Shown: piece after piece, positions 50,870 through 63,800 of the stretch
Numbering within the stretch: the first letter of the stretch is position 1
How the letters are laid out: each line of letters starts with the position of its first letter
Source: the human T2T-CHM13v2.0 reference genome, Homo sapiens
NCBI GenBank assembly: GCA_009914755.4
Contig: CP068257.2
Location: forward strand, 37,216,001-37,280,000
Reading direction: 5' to 3'
Length of the DNA stretch: 64,000 nucleotides
Position numbers and translations under genes: made by a program
The notes under the pieces: model-generated
The model's input: the letters and a program-made list of their open reading frames with translations, nothing else
Database searches by the model: none
Told to the model about the DNA's origin: nothing

Positions 50870-51476
50870 AGGACTTGATTTAAATTTATTGTAGTGTAGG
50901 TCTGCTGGAAGTGAATTCTTGTAGCTTGTATTTGTCTGAAAAATATTTTATGTGACTTCCATTTTCAAAGAATTATTTTTCATGAATATATAATTATAGG
51001 TTAACAGGATTTATTGTCTATCTATCTATTGCTCTTTAAAGTTTTCTGGTCTGCATAGCTTCTGACAAGAAGTCTGCAGTCATTCTTACTGTTCCTCTGT
51101 ACATATATCTATTTTCCCTCTCTGCTTTTAAGAATATTTCTACCACTTGTTTTTAGCTATTTATTATAATGCTTTATTATGGGGTGTGTGGTTGGGGGGT
51201 GTATGTGTGTATTTATTCTATTTTGGGTTTGTTGTGCTTCTTGGATCTCTAGCTCTGTAATTTTCATCCAATTTGGAGACATTTCAGACATTATTTCTTC
51301 AAATGTTTTGTCTTTTCTCTTTGAGGAATTTCAGTTACCATTACATTAGATGACTTTATATTTTTCCACAGATCTCTGTAGCTCCATACAATTTTTCTTA
51401 GTCATTTTTCTCTCTAGGCTTCATTTTGGATAAATCCCATTGCTATATCTACAAGTTCATTGATCTTAAAGGAAAC
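50870..51476 (-). mobile_element. L1 5' portion (ORF1/inter-ORF region), antisense, left flank of an insertion; resumes at ~58286
   Basis: ttctgacaagaagtctgcagtcattcttactgttcctctgtacatatatctattttccctctctgcttttaag...tttcatccaatttggagacatttcagacattatttcttcaaatgttttgtc...cttcattttggataaatcccattgctatatctacaagttcattgatctt, matching antisense L1 tctgacaagaagtctgcagtcattcttatctttgttcctctgtatgtaatgtgtc...cttcattttggatagtttctattgctatgtcttcaagttcactaatctttt. Confidence 0.7.
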
Positions 51477-52018
51477 CAGAATATTTCACCCCAAAATGTG
51501 GCTGAGCTAAAGAAGCAGTCTCAAGGTCTCTTTGATCCCTTCTCCTATCTCTCAATCCTCTGTCTCTCCCAAAGCACAGGATGAAGCTGCTCTCCAAAGT
51601 TCCCTTATCTACCTAGAAACTGGACCTACCAAAGAGGAACACACTTTTCTTCCCTAAAATTTCATTAACCAGAGAAGATTAAAACTCATATCAAAAGGAA
51701 GAGACTGAAAATTAAACACCAGATGAACTCATCCCAAACCGTTGTCTGCTGTCTGTCCTCTCCAATTTCCAAAGACTATTATTTACTAGCCATTGTCTGA
51801 GTATGAGGCCCATTCATTTTGCCCCTGAAAATCACTTACTATCCCTCAAACCATCCACATTTCCCCCATCTTCCCTTCTGCTATGAAGAAGAGTATATAC
51901 GCATCCATACCCCATTGGGTAGTCATTTTCCTGCAATTCCCCTGTGCTATGCACATTAAAATAAAGTTTGTATGCCTTTTTTCTCTTATGAGTCTGCTTT
52001 TCTCTGTTGATTTTCAGC
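51477..52018 (+). repeat. Left LTR-like direct repeat of the 51477-58285 element
   Basis: aatatttcaccccaaaatgtggctgagctaaagaagcag...ctagaaactggacctaccaaagaggaacaca...ttaaccagagaagattaaaactcatatca...tgtgctatgcacattaaaataaagtttgtatgccttttttctc...gttgattttcag. Confidence 0.8.
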
Positions 52019-52169
52019 AAACAGTCAGAGGATGAAGAGGGAAATGTTCCCCCTTTACTCTTATATATTTGGTGCTGTGAGCAGCATATCCAAAACTGCT
52101 CTGCTTTTCTGGAAGCCACAACCAAAGGAACTCAGGACCTGAGAGGCCAATATAAGAGTAAGAAACTGT

Positions 52170-52237
52170 TACCAGACTCCTAGTCTCTCTCTGTGGAATC
52201 TGGTACCAGACTCCCAGTCTCTCTCTGTGGAATCTGG
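52170..52237. repeat. Tandem duplication, 34-bp unit x2
   Basis: taccagactcctagtctctctctgtggaatctgg / taccagactcccagtctctctctgtggaatctgg. Confidence 0.9.
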
Positions 52238-55200
52238 TTGAGCAGATGGTAAAAATTACTTTTTGTCTATTTTTCCTTTTTACATTTAAGATTAATGGGA
52301 GAAAAGCATTTGTATGACTATTGTTAGGTGCGGTGACTCTGGTGTATTTTTGGTATGAATATTCATATTGTCTGATCCATTTATGCCCAGAAATAGTCTT
52401 TGCTTTTTGTTTATCTTTGTCTCCCTGTGTCATTTTGTCATAAACAGGGGTACCATAGGGTAGAACATAGGCCTAAAACATAAGCCTGTTGTTCAAGCCA
52501 GCTTCCACAGACCGGTGAGTTTTATAGTTCTCAGCAGACCTCCAGCACCTATTTAGAAAAATTGTGCTGCGGGTCTCCAAAATGAAAACAGAATGAGGTT
52601 GCCCTCTCCTTTTGTTTTATGTCCTTGAAAGCTTTCTTTGTGACCAAGTGGGAGCATTTCTCTTTTTGGTCTCTGCTATCCAGGGTGTGTGATTTTCAGA
52701 TCATGTGTGGTGGCCAGTCTGAAAGGACTGGGACACCCAAGATGCATAAAATTTTAAGCAGCGTGCTCTGTTGCTAACATGCTAGGCTCTCAGGATGGTT
52801 TGTCTTAATAAGGAGCCTCATCCACAAGGGGCTTTGTTGTCTCAATCTTTGTTGCCTGGTTAGTGCTGGGCAAATCCAATCCCAGAAGTTGGTGGATCTA
52901 TAACTGATGGTACAGCCGAGTGTCCATGTGTCCATGTACTTGTGTGGAGAACAGAGACATCATTCACACAAATACCATCCTTAATCACCTGTGGCAACAA
53001 AGATCTTTTGCTATCTTAGCCTATTTCTGGGAGTGAATTTTTGGGGATCATGGAGGCTGCATCTTCTATGCCTCCTGATCTTCCCATAAAGAGGCTTATT
53101 AGATTGAGTTGCTATTAAAATAAGTACACCATTGGAAAGTCTAATCATCAATGGCCAGATAATAGTTTTTTGAATTAGAAAGACTTATATATTTGAAAAC
53201 AAAATTTGAAGATCTCTTGCCCTAAGCAGTTGCCTTATTTGTATTGATGAGAGAACCAAATTAAAAGAAAGACATGTAATATTGGGATGGCTAGTCTTAA
53301 AAATTATTCTGACAAAATTAAAAAGCAAAAATTTGACCTAAAACAAAAGTTAAAATTCTTTGAACACTCAAACTGCCAACTTTGAATTTCCAGGGGAATT
53401 TGTAAAAAAGTCACTCCAGCCTATGGTCTGGTATTTAAGATTCTGTGCATTTACCACTGTGGTCTGGGTTTGATTTAGTTCTCTGGTCAGGGAATCGGCC
53501 CCTTGAAAATGTAAATCCTTTAATTCAGAAGGAAACATTTATAAAAACTAGTTTGAATTATTCGTTTTGAATTTATATTTGTATGACTCAACATTTGAGG
53601 TACCCATTTGTTTGTATTCTTTCTTCTCATATAGACAACTTTTCATTTTCTGTTGTCTAACTAACTGTCGCTTTTAATTTTCCATCTATGGGGCACACAG
53701 ATTGCTGGGCCATTGTGTGTAGATGGACAGCTGAGAAGTTTGGTCTCTAGAAAATATGACCAGACAGAGATGTGGGCTGTACTTCATTTGTGACTGGTGA
53801 CACTTTCCTTGCTTTAAGCTGTCACTGGGAGGGGTCTAGATCTTGGAAGGGTTGCAACTTTTGCTTCTCTTTTGGAGACTTGGGTTAAACCCATAAAGGG
53901 CTTCTTGGTTTTATTCTCATGTATGCTTATTTGTTTTGGTTTTGAGTAATTCACTTAGGAATACTTCTGGTTTAAAACTCTATTTTTAGAATGTGATAGC
54001 AAGTTTTTTTTCTGTTTATCTTGCATCCTCTACTGGATCAGAGAGATGTATCTCCCACCACCACTGGGAACCAAAGACCTTCTTAGGTGGCAAAAGAGAG
54101 GTGCTGCTCCCACCACCACTGCCAATGCTCCCCTCCTCAGTCTCTCAGCTCTCACAAAAGGCTGGCTGCTCACATAACAGAAAATTTGCTGCTTGTATTT
54201 TTTTTTTTTTAATTTTACAGAGCTCTATGGTCGAAAGTCAGTTTAATTAAAAGCTAATCTTCTCTCTTCTCTTTTAAATTCTATCTCTCCTATGGAAACT
54301 TCTTAGTCAACAAGACCCCTCTTTTTTGAACCCCTGCTAACTAAAACTTCATTGACCTTTTGGGAAACTTAAGATTCTCCCAAACTGACTCCCCTAAGAC
54401 TTGGTCCATTTACTTTTTCTCCTCTTTCCTTTTGGCACCTTCAATCTTTCATCCAGTTAATCCCCTCCCTCCTTCATTTGGTAATCAGTTGATAAAAATT
54501 ACTAAAAGGAAGCAACAGCACTCTGGCCACCACAAAGATCTAAAGGAAACTTTCAGCAATGCTGAGAACCCGAGCAGAACACAGAAAAGGCACTATTGAC
54601 CCTCTCTTTTGGGGTCCTCTGTCTTCCTCATGAGCCTCAAAAGTCATAATCAGCTTCTTCTCAGATCTAAAGGTCTGCTCTCTTTTGCACTGAATTCCTG
54701 GATCTCTTTGGTTTTTAGATACATATCATGTATGCATGTGGTGGTGTATGTTGTGTCGACATGTATGTAGATTATTATACCTGTGTTTCTATATTGTCTA
54801 CATAATACCAAATTGATCTTAAAATAAACACTCTTGAATTAAGTAGATAAGCTTAAATGCTATTCAAGTTTACATGACTGTAATAAATCTTTGGTAAATA
54901 AAGCTAATTTTTAAATTGTTGGTAAAATAAAATGAAAATGCCTTCAGAATTGTCATTATTAATGCGACGTTTTTGCCTGGGTCTACTGGTCAGACAGATT
55001 TATGCTGTCTCTTATAGACATTTTAAGGTTACAAAATTGTTGCTTCTGTGATATTTTTAATACTTGCTTGATTTGTCTGTGAGCTAAAACTGTGCTGTGG
55101 GCTGGCTGCTGGGTTTCCCCCAACCTTACATACATCTTACTGTGAGCTTATATCTTTGGTTTTGAGCTTCTGGATTCTGGGCTCTGGACAGGTGGCTATG

Positions 55201-55569
55201 GTGAGGCCTGGGGACACGTGGGTCTACAGTGCCTAAGCCACCAGCTGCAGGGCAGAGCCAAGCCCAATACGGCCCCGTCTTCCCTGGCCCAGCTATACCT
55301 CCTGGCCATGCTCAGTGGGGTTGGATCCTCTAGACATTTTCTTCAAAAGTCTATCCTCTGTCCTGGGCTCTACATCTGATATGTAACTCTAGGACCCAGA
55401 TGGGCCCTGCCCTTCAGAGCTTTCCTGGATACCCAGGATGGCTGTGGGAGGGACATTGCGGGGGGTGTCTGTGCCCAGTATCTCAAAGGCCTTGGTAGGA
55501 TAAACTGCTTGCTGACACAGGATTAGCCTCGTGTTGCCTTTTAAAAAATAGACCAGACATAGTGACTCA

Positions 55570-55905
55570 CACCTGTAATCCCAAGACTTTGAGAGGCCAA
55601 GGCAGGAGGATCCTTTGAGCCCAGGAGTTCAAGATCATTCCTGGACAACATGGTGAGACACCATCTCTACAGAAAATTTAAAAATTAGCTGAGTAAGGAA
55701 AAAGAAAAATATTAGCTGAATGTGATGGTGTGTACCTGTAGTCCCAGCTACTTGGGATGCTGAGGTGGAAAGATCACTTCACCCTTGGAATCAAGGCTGC
55801 AGTGAGCCATGATCATGCCACTGCACACCCGTCTGGGTGACAGAGTGAGACCCTGTCTGAAAAAAATGAAATAAAATAAATAATAAATTAAAATTAAAAA
55901 TCACT
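55570..55905 (+). mobile_element. Alu SINE, older divergent copy, with A-rich tail
   Basis: gaccagacatagtgactcacacctgtaatcccaagactttgagaggccaaggcaggaggatcctttgagcccaggagttcaagatcattcctggacaacatggtgagacaccatctctacagaaaa...gcagtgagccatgatcatgccactgcacacccgtctgggtgacagagtgagaccctgtctg, then an A-rich tail. Confidence 0.9.
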
Positions 55906-57724
55906 TAAATGGCTAGCTTTATTTTCTATGAGCAATTCAAATATAATTGTTAAGAATGAGTAAATCAGGTAAATGTAAATGCAATAAACAAGAATAAAAG
56001 TTGTCATCATTTCAAAAACCTTTTTAGTAAGTTAAAAGGTTTTTAGAAAACTTTGAGAACATACCATTCATTGGACTGGTTAAAATTCCAGAACTCTAAT
56101 GAAAAAAAAATTGACTCATAAAATTGCTAACCTAATGTCAAGCAGAACAAGAATTAATTACATAGAGCTGAAATGGTGAAGGACTGAAATAATTTTTTAT
56201 GATTCTTTTGTTTGAAACATTGCTTATCCTTTTCAAGTTTTATTTTTGAGAGTTAAGAAAACTGTTTTCTCTTAAGCTATCTATAGCTTTACAGTAAAAG
56301 CTATAGACAAAGTATATTTCTGTGAAAAAAGTTGAAACATTTACCTTTCTCTCTACCTGATCCCTTCAGAATTCAGAAATTCTTCATGAGTATTCTTACT
56401 TTATGGCTTTACAATTATTTCATAAGTTCAGTAAGAACTCATTCTCTTTTATAACAAGACACAACTGGAAACACTGGTTATTTTACCAAGGCTCTGACTG
56501 AAATACAATATTTTTAGATATGATCAGATTGCTTTGAGGACTGAAGTTGACTTTTGTGGAGCCGATAAAATGTCCCTTGGAGAGACTGGCCTTGTACCTT
56601 GTCTACATGATTCCCTTACAAGCTTCCTGATTTTGTGGTGAGTAATGAATGTCACCTTATGACAGGCCCATGAACCTCAAGTTATTTGAGGGACCTTGAG
56701 AAAAGAGGTATTCATCCATTTATACAGGTATTACAGACACAGTCTGAGACTGAGTCAGATTTTTGGCTTGACTTCTTAACATAGCTAGGAAGCCAAGGGG
56801 CTTTTTAAAAAGTCTAATCTGAGATTCTTTATGAAAATATTCCAGCAAAGCCAACTTAGAACAAGCCTATAGGGTCATTCATCATTCTTACTAAACTTTT
56901 GTAAATAATCAGGTCAAAGACTAAACTTAAACAAAACAGTCTGTCTATGATTATCTTTGGTTGAAATGGGAGGATTCGAGAGAAAAAATTATGTCATAGA
57001 AAAAAACTTCACATATGCCTGTTATTACATTCTAGCCTTGTCCATTTGTTTCTGAGCTTTGTATCTGGACTGAATCACACATTTTTATTTTCCTCCAATA
57101 TATGGCTGAGACACTCAGACTAATGTTTCCAATTTTTCTTCCACCCTTCTGACTTAGAATTATTAGAAACTAAAACTGCCTTTTTCCTGAGGCTGAAGCT
57201 AGTCAACTTGGCTTTGAAGGAATATTATTGCAACAGCTTATATTTGGACAAAACTTTCTACACGCAAAATGCAGGCTACAAAAATCTGTCAGATTGCCAC
57301 TAATCTTCTCAACTGACTGTCCTCCAGACTCTAAAGAAACTAGTTTATAAATTATTTCACCCATTAACATTTGTTTTTTGTTTCTGTTTCCATAAAAGCC
57401 CTCTTATTAAAGCTCTATTTGCCTACATCATATATAGAGGCCTAGCTTTGAGAATCTATCTACAATGCCATCTTTTAAAATGAAACACACTTGTTTAATT
57501 GGACTGGCCAATTTCCAGAAATAAGAGACTAGTTTAATTGGATTTTTGAAAGTGCTTAGATTTGTTCTTTCTTTATGTATTCATTCTCATCATAATCTAT
57601 GTTCTTTTCTCCCTTTACAGATCGCTTGCCACTGGATTACTAATCTGATTTCTCTCTCCATAGCTACCAATCCTACTTTAATATGTGAAACCTTTTGAAA
57701 ATAAAGCTTCAAACAGGAGACTAA

Positions 57725-58252
57725 AAAATCAATATTTCACCCCAAAATATTGCTGATCTAAAGAAGCAGCTCAAGTTCTAACTCCTTCCCCCATCTCCCA
57801 GTCCTCTGTCCTCCCCAAAGCATAGGATAAAGCTGTTCTCTAAAATTCCCTCATCTATCTAGAAACTGGACCTACCAAAGAGGAACACAATTGCCTGCCT
57901 CGAAATTTTATTAACCAGAGAAGACTAAAATTCATATCACAGAGGAAGAATCCCAAACCATTTCTTCTTTCTGCCCCATTCCAATTTCCAAATGGTTAGT
58001 AAATTTCCAATTTACTAACCATTGTCGGACCATTAGGCCCATTTATTTCCACCTAAAAATCATTTATTATCCCTCAGATTGCCACACTTCCCCCATTTTC
58101 CCTTCCCCTGTGAAGAAGGGGCTATAAGTATCTGTACCCCATTGGGTTATTGGGCAATCATTCTCCTGCAACTCCCCTGTGCTATGCACATTAAAATAAA
58201 GTTTGTATGCCTTTTTCTCCTACTAATCTGCCTTTTGTCAGTTGATTTTCAG
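57725..58252 (+). repeat. Right LTR-like direct repeat of the 51477-58285 element
   Basis: aatatttcaccccaaaatattgctgatctaaagaagcag...ctagaaactggacctaccaaagaggaacaca...ttaaccagagaagactaaaattcatatca...tgtgctatgcacattaaaataaagtttgtatgcctttttctcc...gttgattttcag. Confidence 0.8.
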
Positions 58253-58285
58253 TGAACTTTCAGTGAACCTGTAATTTTTTCTTCT

Positions 58286-60050
58286 GTATTATTCAATTTA
58301 CTCATATTACTTCCACTAATTTTTTAATTTCATTTATTGTATTTTTCATCACTTGAAATTGCATTTGGTTCTTTTAAATTTATTCAATTCTGTCCTCACT
58401 ATGTTTTTATTTTCTTTTAAGTACCTAAATGTATTTATAATACCTGTTGTAGGGTCCTTGTCTGCTAATTCCATAATCTCTGTGTATTAGTCCATTCTCA
58501 CACTGCTATAAGGACATACCCAAGACTGGGTAATTTATAAAGGAAAGAGGTTTAATTGACTCACAGTTCAGCATAGCTGGGGAAGCCTCAGGAAACTTAC
58601 AATCATAGCAGAAGGGGAAGCAAACACATCCTTCTTCACATGATGGCAGGGAGAAGAAGAATGAGAGCCAAGTAAAGGGGGTAGCCCCTTATAAAACCAT
58701 CAGATCTCGTGAGAATTTACTCACTATCATGAAAACAGGATGGGGGAAACCACCCCCATGATTCAATTATCTCCACCTGGTCCCTCCCACAACACATGGG
58801 GATTATGTGAACTACAATTCAAGATGAGATTTGGGTGGGAACACAGCCAAACCATATCACTCTGTCCTTTCTGATTTGCTTCTAATGGTTAATATTTCTC
58901 CTAGTTATTATTCACGTTTTCTTTTTGCTTCTTGTAGTTTTTAGCAGGATACTATAAATGGTATGTTTTGGGGCTTGCATTTTGCCATTTCCCTTTATAG
59001 AGTGGTGGGCTTTGTTTTGAAAAACATCTAAGTCATTTGAAGATTAGACTGATCCCTTGGAGACCTGTTTTTGTTTAAAGCTTTTCTAGGGTAGATGTAG
59101 AATAATGTTGCTCCACCAATAATTTGGTCCTATCAGTACTGCGTGACTGCCCTGGGGTACTCAGTGACCACTCCAGGGTGTTGCTGAGGACTCTCCACTC
59201 TGACAAGCCAGACCATAAACATCTGCCTTCCTTGTGTGATGGGCATTCAGTCAGCTCACAGCTCACTGGTCATGCTTTGCCCATCTTTGTTGACATTCAC
59301 TCTGCACAGGAACAGCCTAAAACTCAGCAAACACTCATGAAGACCCTCTGCAAATTTCTGCAGTGGTTTCTCTGGGTAGTTCCCTCCACTTTGGAAATCA
59401 TCTTTACAATGTCTTATAGGTTCAGCCTCCTTGAACTCTGATCTCTATCCTTTCAACTCTGAGGCCACTGGGCCCCGTTCGGGTTGCTGCTTCTGCGACC
59501 ATGGTCTGAAAAACGCCTCCAGGTAGAAAGGTGTTTATCTGTTGTTAGGGATCACAGTACTGTGCTATCTATTGTCCAATGTCTGAATACAGTTGTCTAA
59601 TCTATTTTGTCCTGTTTCGAAGCTTTTTATAGGAAAAGAAGTTCATGTCTTGCTATTTCCTCATGGCCTGAGGTGAAGTCCTCCTTATTTTGTTCACTTC
59701 CCTTTGTTTCCATAATTATTTCTCCCTTATCATTTCTTTATATTTGTGTTTTCTCCCTTATTTTCTTAAATAGGTTTGTCTGCTTTGTTGTTTTTTTAAT
59801 GAACTAAATTTGAATGTATTATACCTACTGTTTTTTAAGTTTCTAACTCATTAATTGTTGCTTTTATCTATTATCTCCTTTCTTCTGATTTTTTTTTGAG
59901 TTTGCTTCCTAAAATCTGTTGAGTTTGAAACACTTATATATTCTGTTTTTAAATTTTTTTAAATTTTTACTGAGGCTAGGACTATACTTCATATAATGAG
60001 TGTACCATGAATAAATCTGTGTCAAGTGAACAATCTTCTTGGTGACATTC
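58286..60050 (-). mobile_element. L1 5' portion (ORF1/5'UTR), antisense, continuing from 51476 and interrupted by a THE1-type LTR at 58480-58862
   Basis: ttttcttctgtattattcaatttactcatattacttccact...gtacctaaatgtatttataatacctgttgtagggtccttgtctgctaattccataatctctg, matching antisense L1 cttctgcaatgtctaatctgctgttaatccc...gaacatatggaatacagttataataactgttttaatgtccttgtctactaattctatcatctgtg. Further T-rich 5'UTR-like antisense sequence runs downstream. Confidence 0.55.
58480..58862 (-). mobile_element. MaLR solo LTR, THE1-type, reverse orientation, nested in the L1
   Basis: gtattagtccattctcacactgctataaggacatacccaagactgggtaatttataaaggaaagaggtttaattgactcacagttcagcatagctggggaagcctcaggaaacttacaatcatagcagaagg...ggggattatgtgaactacaattcaagatgagatttgggtgggaacacagccaaaccatatca. 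Confidence 0.7.
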
Positions 60051-60059
60051 AAATAGGAA

Positions 60060-61030
60060 TCTCATGCATTACTTTTTTAAATAACAGCTTTATTGAGGTT
60101 TAACTCACCTATCACAAAATTCACCTTTTTAAGGTTTACAATTCAGTGGTTTTTAATGTACTCACAGAGTTATACAACCTCACCACTCTCTCATTTTAGA
60201 ACATTTTTGTCACCCTAAAAAGAAAAACTGCACCCATCGGCAGTCTTTCCCCATCTTACCCTCAGTTCCTGGCAACTACTAATCTGTTTTATGTCCCAAT
60301 GGACTTGCCTTTTATGGACATGCAATAGGAATGGGATTATACAATTTGTGACATTTTGTGACTGGTTCCTTTCATGTACTGTTTTCAAGAGTCATCCATG
60401 TTTAGTATGTATCAGTACTGCCTTCCTTTTTATGGTGAATGATGTACCATATTTGTTTATCTTTTATCAGTTGATGCATATTTGGGCTTTTTGACTCTTT
60501 GGCTATTATGAATAATGCTGCTTTGAACATTTGCATAGATGTTTTTGCATCAACATATGTTTTCAGTACTCATGGGGCCGAATTGCTGGGTCATATGGTA
60601 ACTTTAACTTTTTGAGGAATTGCCAAACTTGTTTCCAAAACAACTGCATAATTTAAATTCCCACCAACAATGAATGAGGGGTCCAGTTTCTCCACATCTT
60701 TGTCAACACTTGTTATTGTCTTTTTTTTTTTTAGTTTAACCATCCTAGTGGTGTGACGTGTATCACATTGAGGTTTTGATTTGCATTTCTCAAAAGACTA
60801 ATGGTGGGCATCTTTCCAACGTGCTATTGACTATTTGTATATCTTACATTTTATCTTACATTTTCAATTCTTACATCTAGACTTCTGTAAGAGGCCTATG
60901 ATCCATTTTTTTTATGATCCATTTTGAGTTAAGTTTTGTGTATGCTATGAGGTAAGGTCCCAACTTCATTCTTTTGTATGTAGATATCTAATTGTTCCAG
61001 CACCATTTGTTGAAAAGCCATGCAGCATTT
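60060..61030 (-). mobile_element. L1 (L1M-type), antisense: 3'UTR and ORF2 C-terminus
   Basis: ttttttaaataacagctttattgaggtttaactcacctatcacaaaattcacctttttaaggtttacaattcagtggtttttaatgtactcacagagttatacaacc...cctggcaactactaatctgtttt...gactctttggctattatgaataatgctgctttgaacatttgcatagatgtttttgcatcaacatatgttttcagt...gaattgctgggtcatatggtaactttaactttttgaggaattgccaaacttgtttccaaaacaactgcataatttaaattcccaccaacaatgaatgagg...ccagcaccatttgttgaaaag. Confidence 0.8.
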
Positions 61031-62199
61031 TTGTCAAAGAAAAAAGTCTCTAATATATAAATGGCTATAATTTTATGAAATCATAGCACATTGCCTCTAG
61101 AATTCTGCTTAGAAGTAATTTATTTCAAATGTCCTCAAACGGGTCAGCTAATTTACCGAGAGCATCGATTCTGCCCCCAGCTCATGCCCCCAGGATCTAT
61201 ACCAACCTAGAAACTGTGCAGCTGGTCCTCTACTGTGTTGATGATCAGAATTCCCTTCTCCTTTTTCTCCCCACATATTTTTATTTCCACCTTGATACTA
61301 AAACTCTCAGAAAACTAGTAGATGTGCAGGGATCAGGGGAGTGATGTGGTGTGAAGGGTTTAGGGAGAAATTGTTAGTAACACATTTCATTTGAGAAAAT
61401 AAATTTCTTTTAGGGAAGATGAAGGCAAGAGGAGCTCTAGAGTGAGCAAGAAGGGATTGGTGATTTTTTTTTTATATCATTCTTTGGCACAGAGTTCTAG
61501 GAAATCAGTTGTGTGATAGGAGACCCACTCCTGTATAGCAAAGCTACCATGGATGAAGGCCTTCTAGACCTGGGATTGTAGGAGTTCTAACCATCACTAA
61601 ACTTCTTTAGTGCGGCAGATTTTTCGCTGACTCCACTGCCATTCCTGCTTGATTCTAGTGAGGCTTCTGATATAACAATGCTAGAAAACTAAAAACCCCA
61701 CTTACCAGAGCCAGGATTTTGTACGTGGATGAGATTCTTCCAAGCAGATGTCCACATACGAGACTAGGAGGGTTTGAGCAATGGGAGGCAGTGGCCAGGC
61801 TCAGGGACACTGGAGGTCTTTGCAAGCAACAGACACGTTGGTTCTCCTGGGGCAGTTCTAGAAGAGTTTCCAGAGTCTGGTTCCTAGAAACTTAGGTACG
61901 GAGCAGTACGTGGTGGCAACCATGGTGTTTCCACTAGAAGAGCTCCATGTAAGATGGGGCATTTCCCTTGATTGCCATTGTTTCTAAGTGTGCAGCAATC
62001 AAATCTTATTTCCTGGGTCCTGGTGAAGTTCTGTAAGAATCATCGTATCATCTGATAAATCATTTTCTTCTCAGAGTAACCAGAGTGCATTCTGTTGTCT
62101 GCCACTATGAGCCATAACCAGTGACCTCCTTAACAAAGATAGGGAAGTTAACACATTCTTACGTAGGCCATCATCAAGGCTAGATAAATGTTTCTTCTA

Positions 62200-63800
62200 A
62201 GAGTAAATCTAAAAGGAAAACATCAATATGTGCCATTGGGAATAAAATATTTTTTAAAAACTGAAAGAAAAACAACCCCAACAACTCAGAAGGGGATGGA
62301 GAGACTTTTGAAGATGATTTACTGCACAAACCAGAAATAAATTATTTTGGAAACTCAAAATGATTTACTAGAGATACCAGAAGTAAATTATTTTCGAAAC
62401 AGTGTGCCATCACTAATAGAATACACAAAGACAGCAACTCCATGAAACAAAATCAGAAACCAAAACCAAAGAACAGGCTGCAAAGGAAGGGGAAAGAAGA
62501 TGAGCATTAAAGACAGAAAGATGGCAGGTTGTGTGCTCCACAAGGAGCACATTTTGCACTAACACCACAAGAGTCTGGCTCAGTGAATGGGGATTGATAG
62601 TAGTTTAAATGTCTGAGAGCTTTGAGGAGGGATTAAAACATGTGAAAAATGGAGACGAGCTCACTCCACAGGTCTGATGTAGGCGATGCTGGCCCAGGAA
62701 GTTCTGTGCATGGTGGCACCCCTGTGACACCCATGGAAGGCCATGTCTGATCTCCAGTTCCACAGAGATCCTGAAGAGACAGAAAGGGAAGAGCAGCTGC
62801 TGCGGAAAAGGTTGTGGCCAGGGAGGAATTTCAGGGAGAATGGACTGCTCCAGTTCCTGAGTTGACTGCTCTCCAAGCTGAGGCTGCAGACTGGGCTATA
62901 GGTGTAGGTGGCCTCTGGGCCCATTCAGCTGATCCCTACTGAAGTCTAAGGGGCTCAGTCTCCCACTGAAGGCTGATCTGCAGCTCCCACTGCCCAGCCA
63001 CTGAGGGGTCTTAACTGTTTTTCCACAGGCTCTTACACAGAAAACAGAAAAAAGGTGAATGGAAAATTAACATCAGTTTTTTAAAAAGTAAGACGAGCCA
63101 AGACAACCAGATGAGAAGATAAACATGATTGGTGAGATAAGAAAGGATTCTAAGAAAACAATTGCAATAAGATAAATATGTTTTAGAGGAGGCTGGGAGT
63201 ATAGTGTCAAATTTGATGTAGTGCAATATTTGGCTCTTTAAAAAATATAATAAACCCTAAGCAAATATAATTAAGAAAACAGAAAAAATGAACAAATAAC
63301 AAAAGAGAAAGGCAAAATGATAAGCTTCCGATAAACATAAGCAGGAAAAATGGGCAAATAAGAAATCAGAAATAAGAAATGTCAAGGGAAAAAAGAGTTG
63401 GAAGGAGAAAGGTATAATAACAGAAATGGAGGCAACATATCAACTGATTATAATGTATGTACTCAAACTGTATAAAAGCAAAAGATCATTGGAGAAACAT
63501 GAACATTGAATGAATATTTGATGACATCAAGAAATTATTGCCAACGTTTTAGGTAGGTAGTGATATTTTCACTATTTTTAGGTCCATATATTTTAGAGCT
63601 ACATGATGAAATATTTAAAGATGAAATTATGATGGTGGAATTTGTTCAAAATAATGGGAGAGGGGGTGGCAGTGAATGACAAAATGAATGGGGATATAAG
63701 TAGAATGAAGTTTTCATGAACTGACTAATGTTGAAGCTAGAAGATGGGACAATAGTTAATTGTACTATCTTCTCTAATTTTATATAATAAAAAGTTTTTA
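62200..63800 (+). mobile_element. Probable ancient L1 (L1M-type) remnant, sense, ending in an L1M-like 3' terminus
   Basis: An A-rich ORF1/ORF2-like stretch, then ...caaaataatgggagagggggtggcagtgaatgacaaaatgaatggggatataagtagaatgaagttttcatgaactgactaatgttgaagctagaagatgggacaatagttaattgtactatcttctctaattttatataataaaaagttttt, which resembles the L1M 3' end ...gtgatgggtacatggggttcattatactattctctctacttttgtatatgtttgaaattttccataataaaaag. Confidence 0.4.

Larger units (their letters stand above)
51477..58285 (+). mobile_element. LTR-retrotransposon-like insertion (two ~540 bp direct LTR-like repeats flanking ~5.7 kb) within the antisense L1
   Basis: Direct repeats at 51477-52018 and 57725-58252, ~85% identical by eye, both containing tgtgctatgcacattaaaataaagtttgtatgcc (AATAAA about 55 bp before the repeat end, as in an R-U5 arrangement). 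L1 antisense sequence is continuous across the insertion: ...caagttcattgatctt | insert | ttttcttctgtattattcaatttac... The internal region has no gag/pol-length ORFs, so it is degraded or non-autonomous. Confidence 0.55.
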
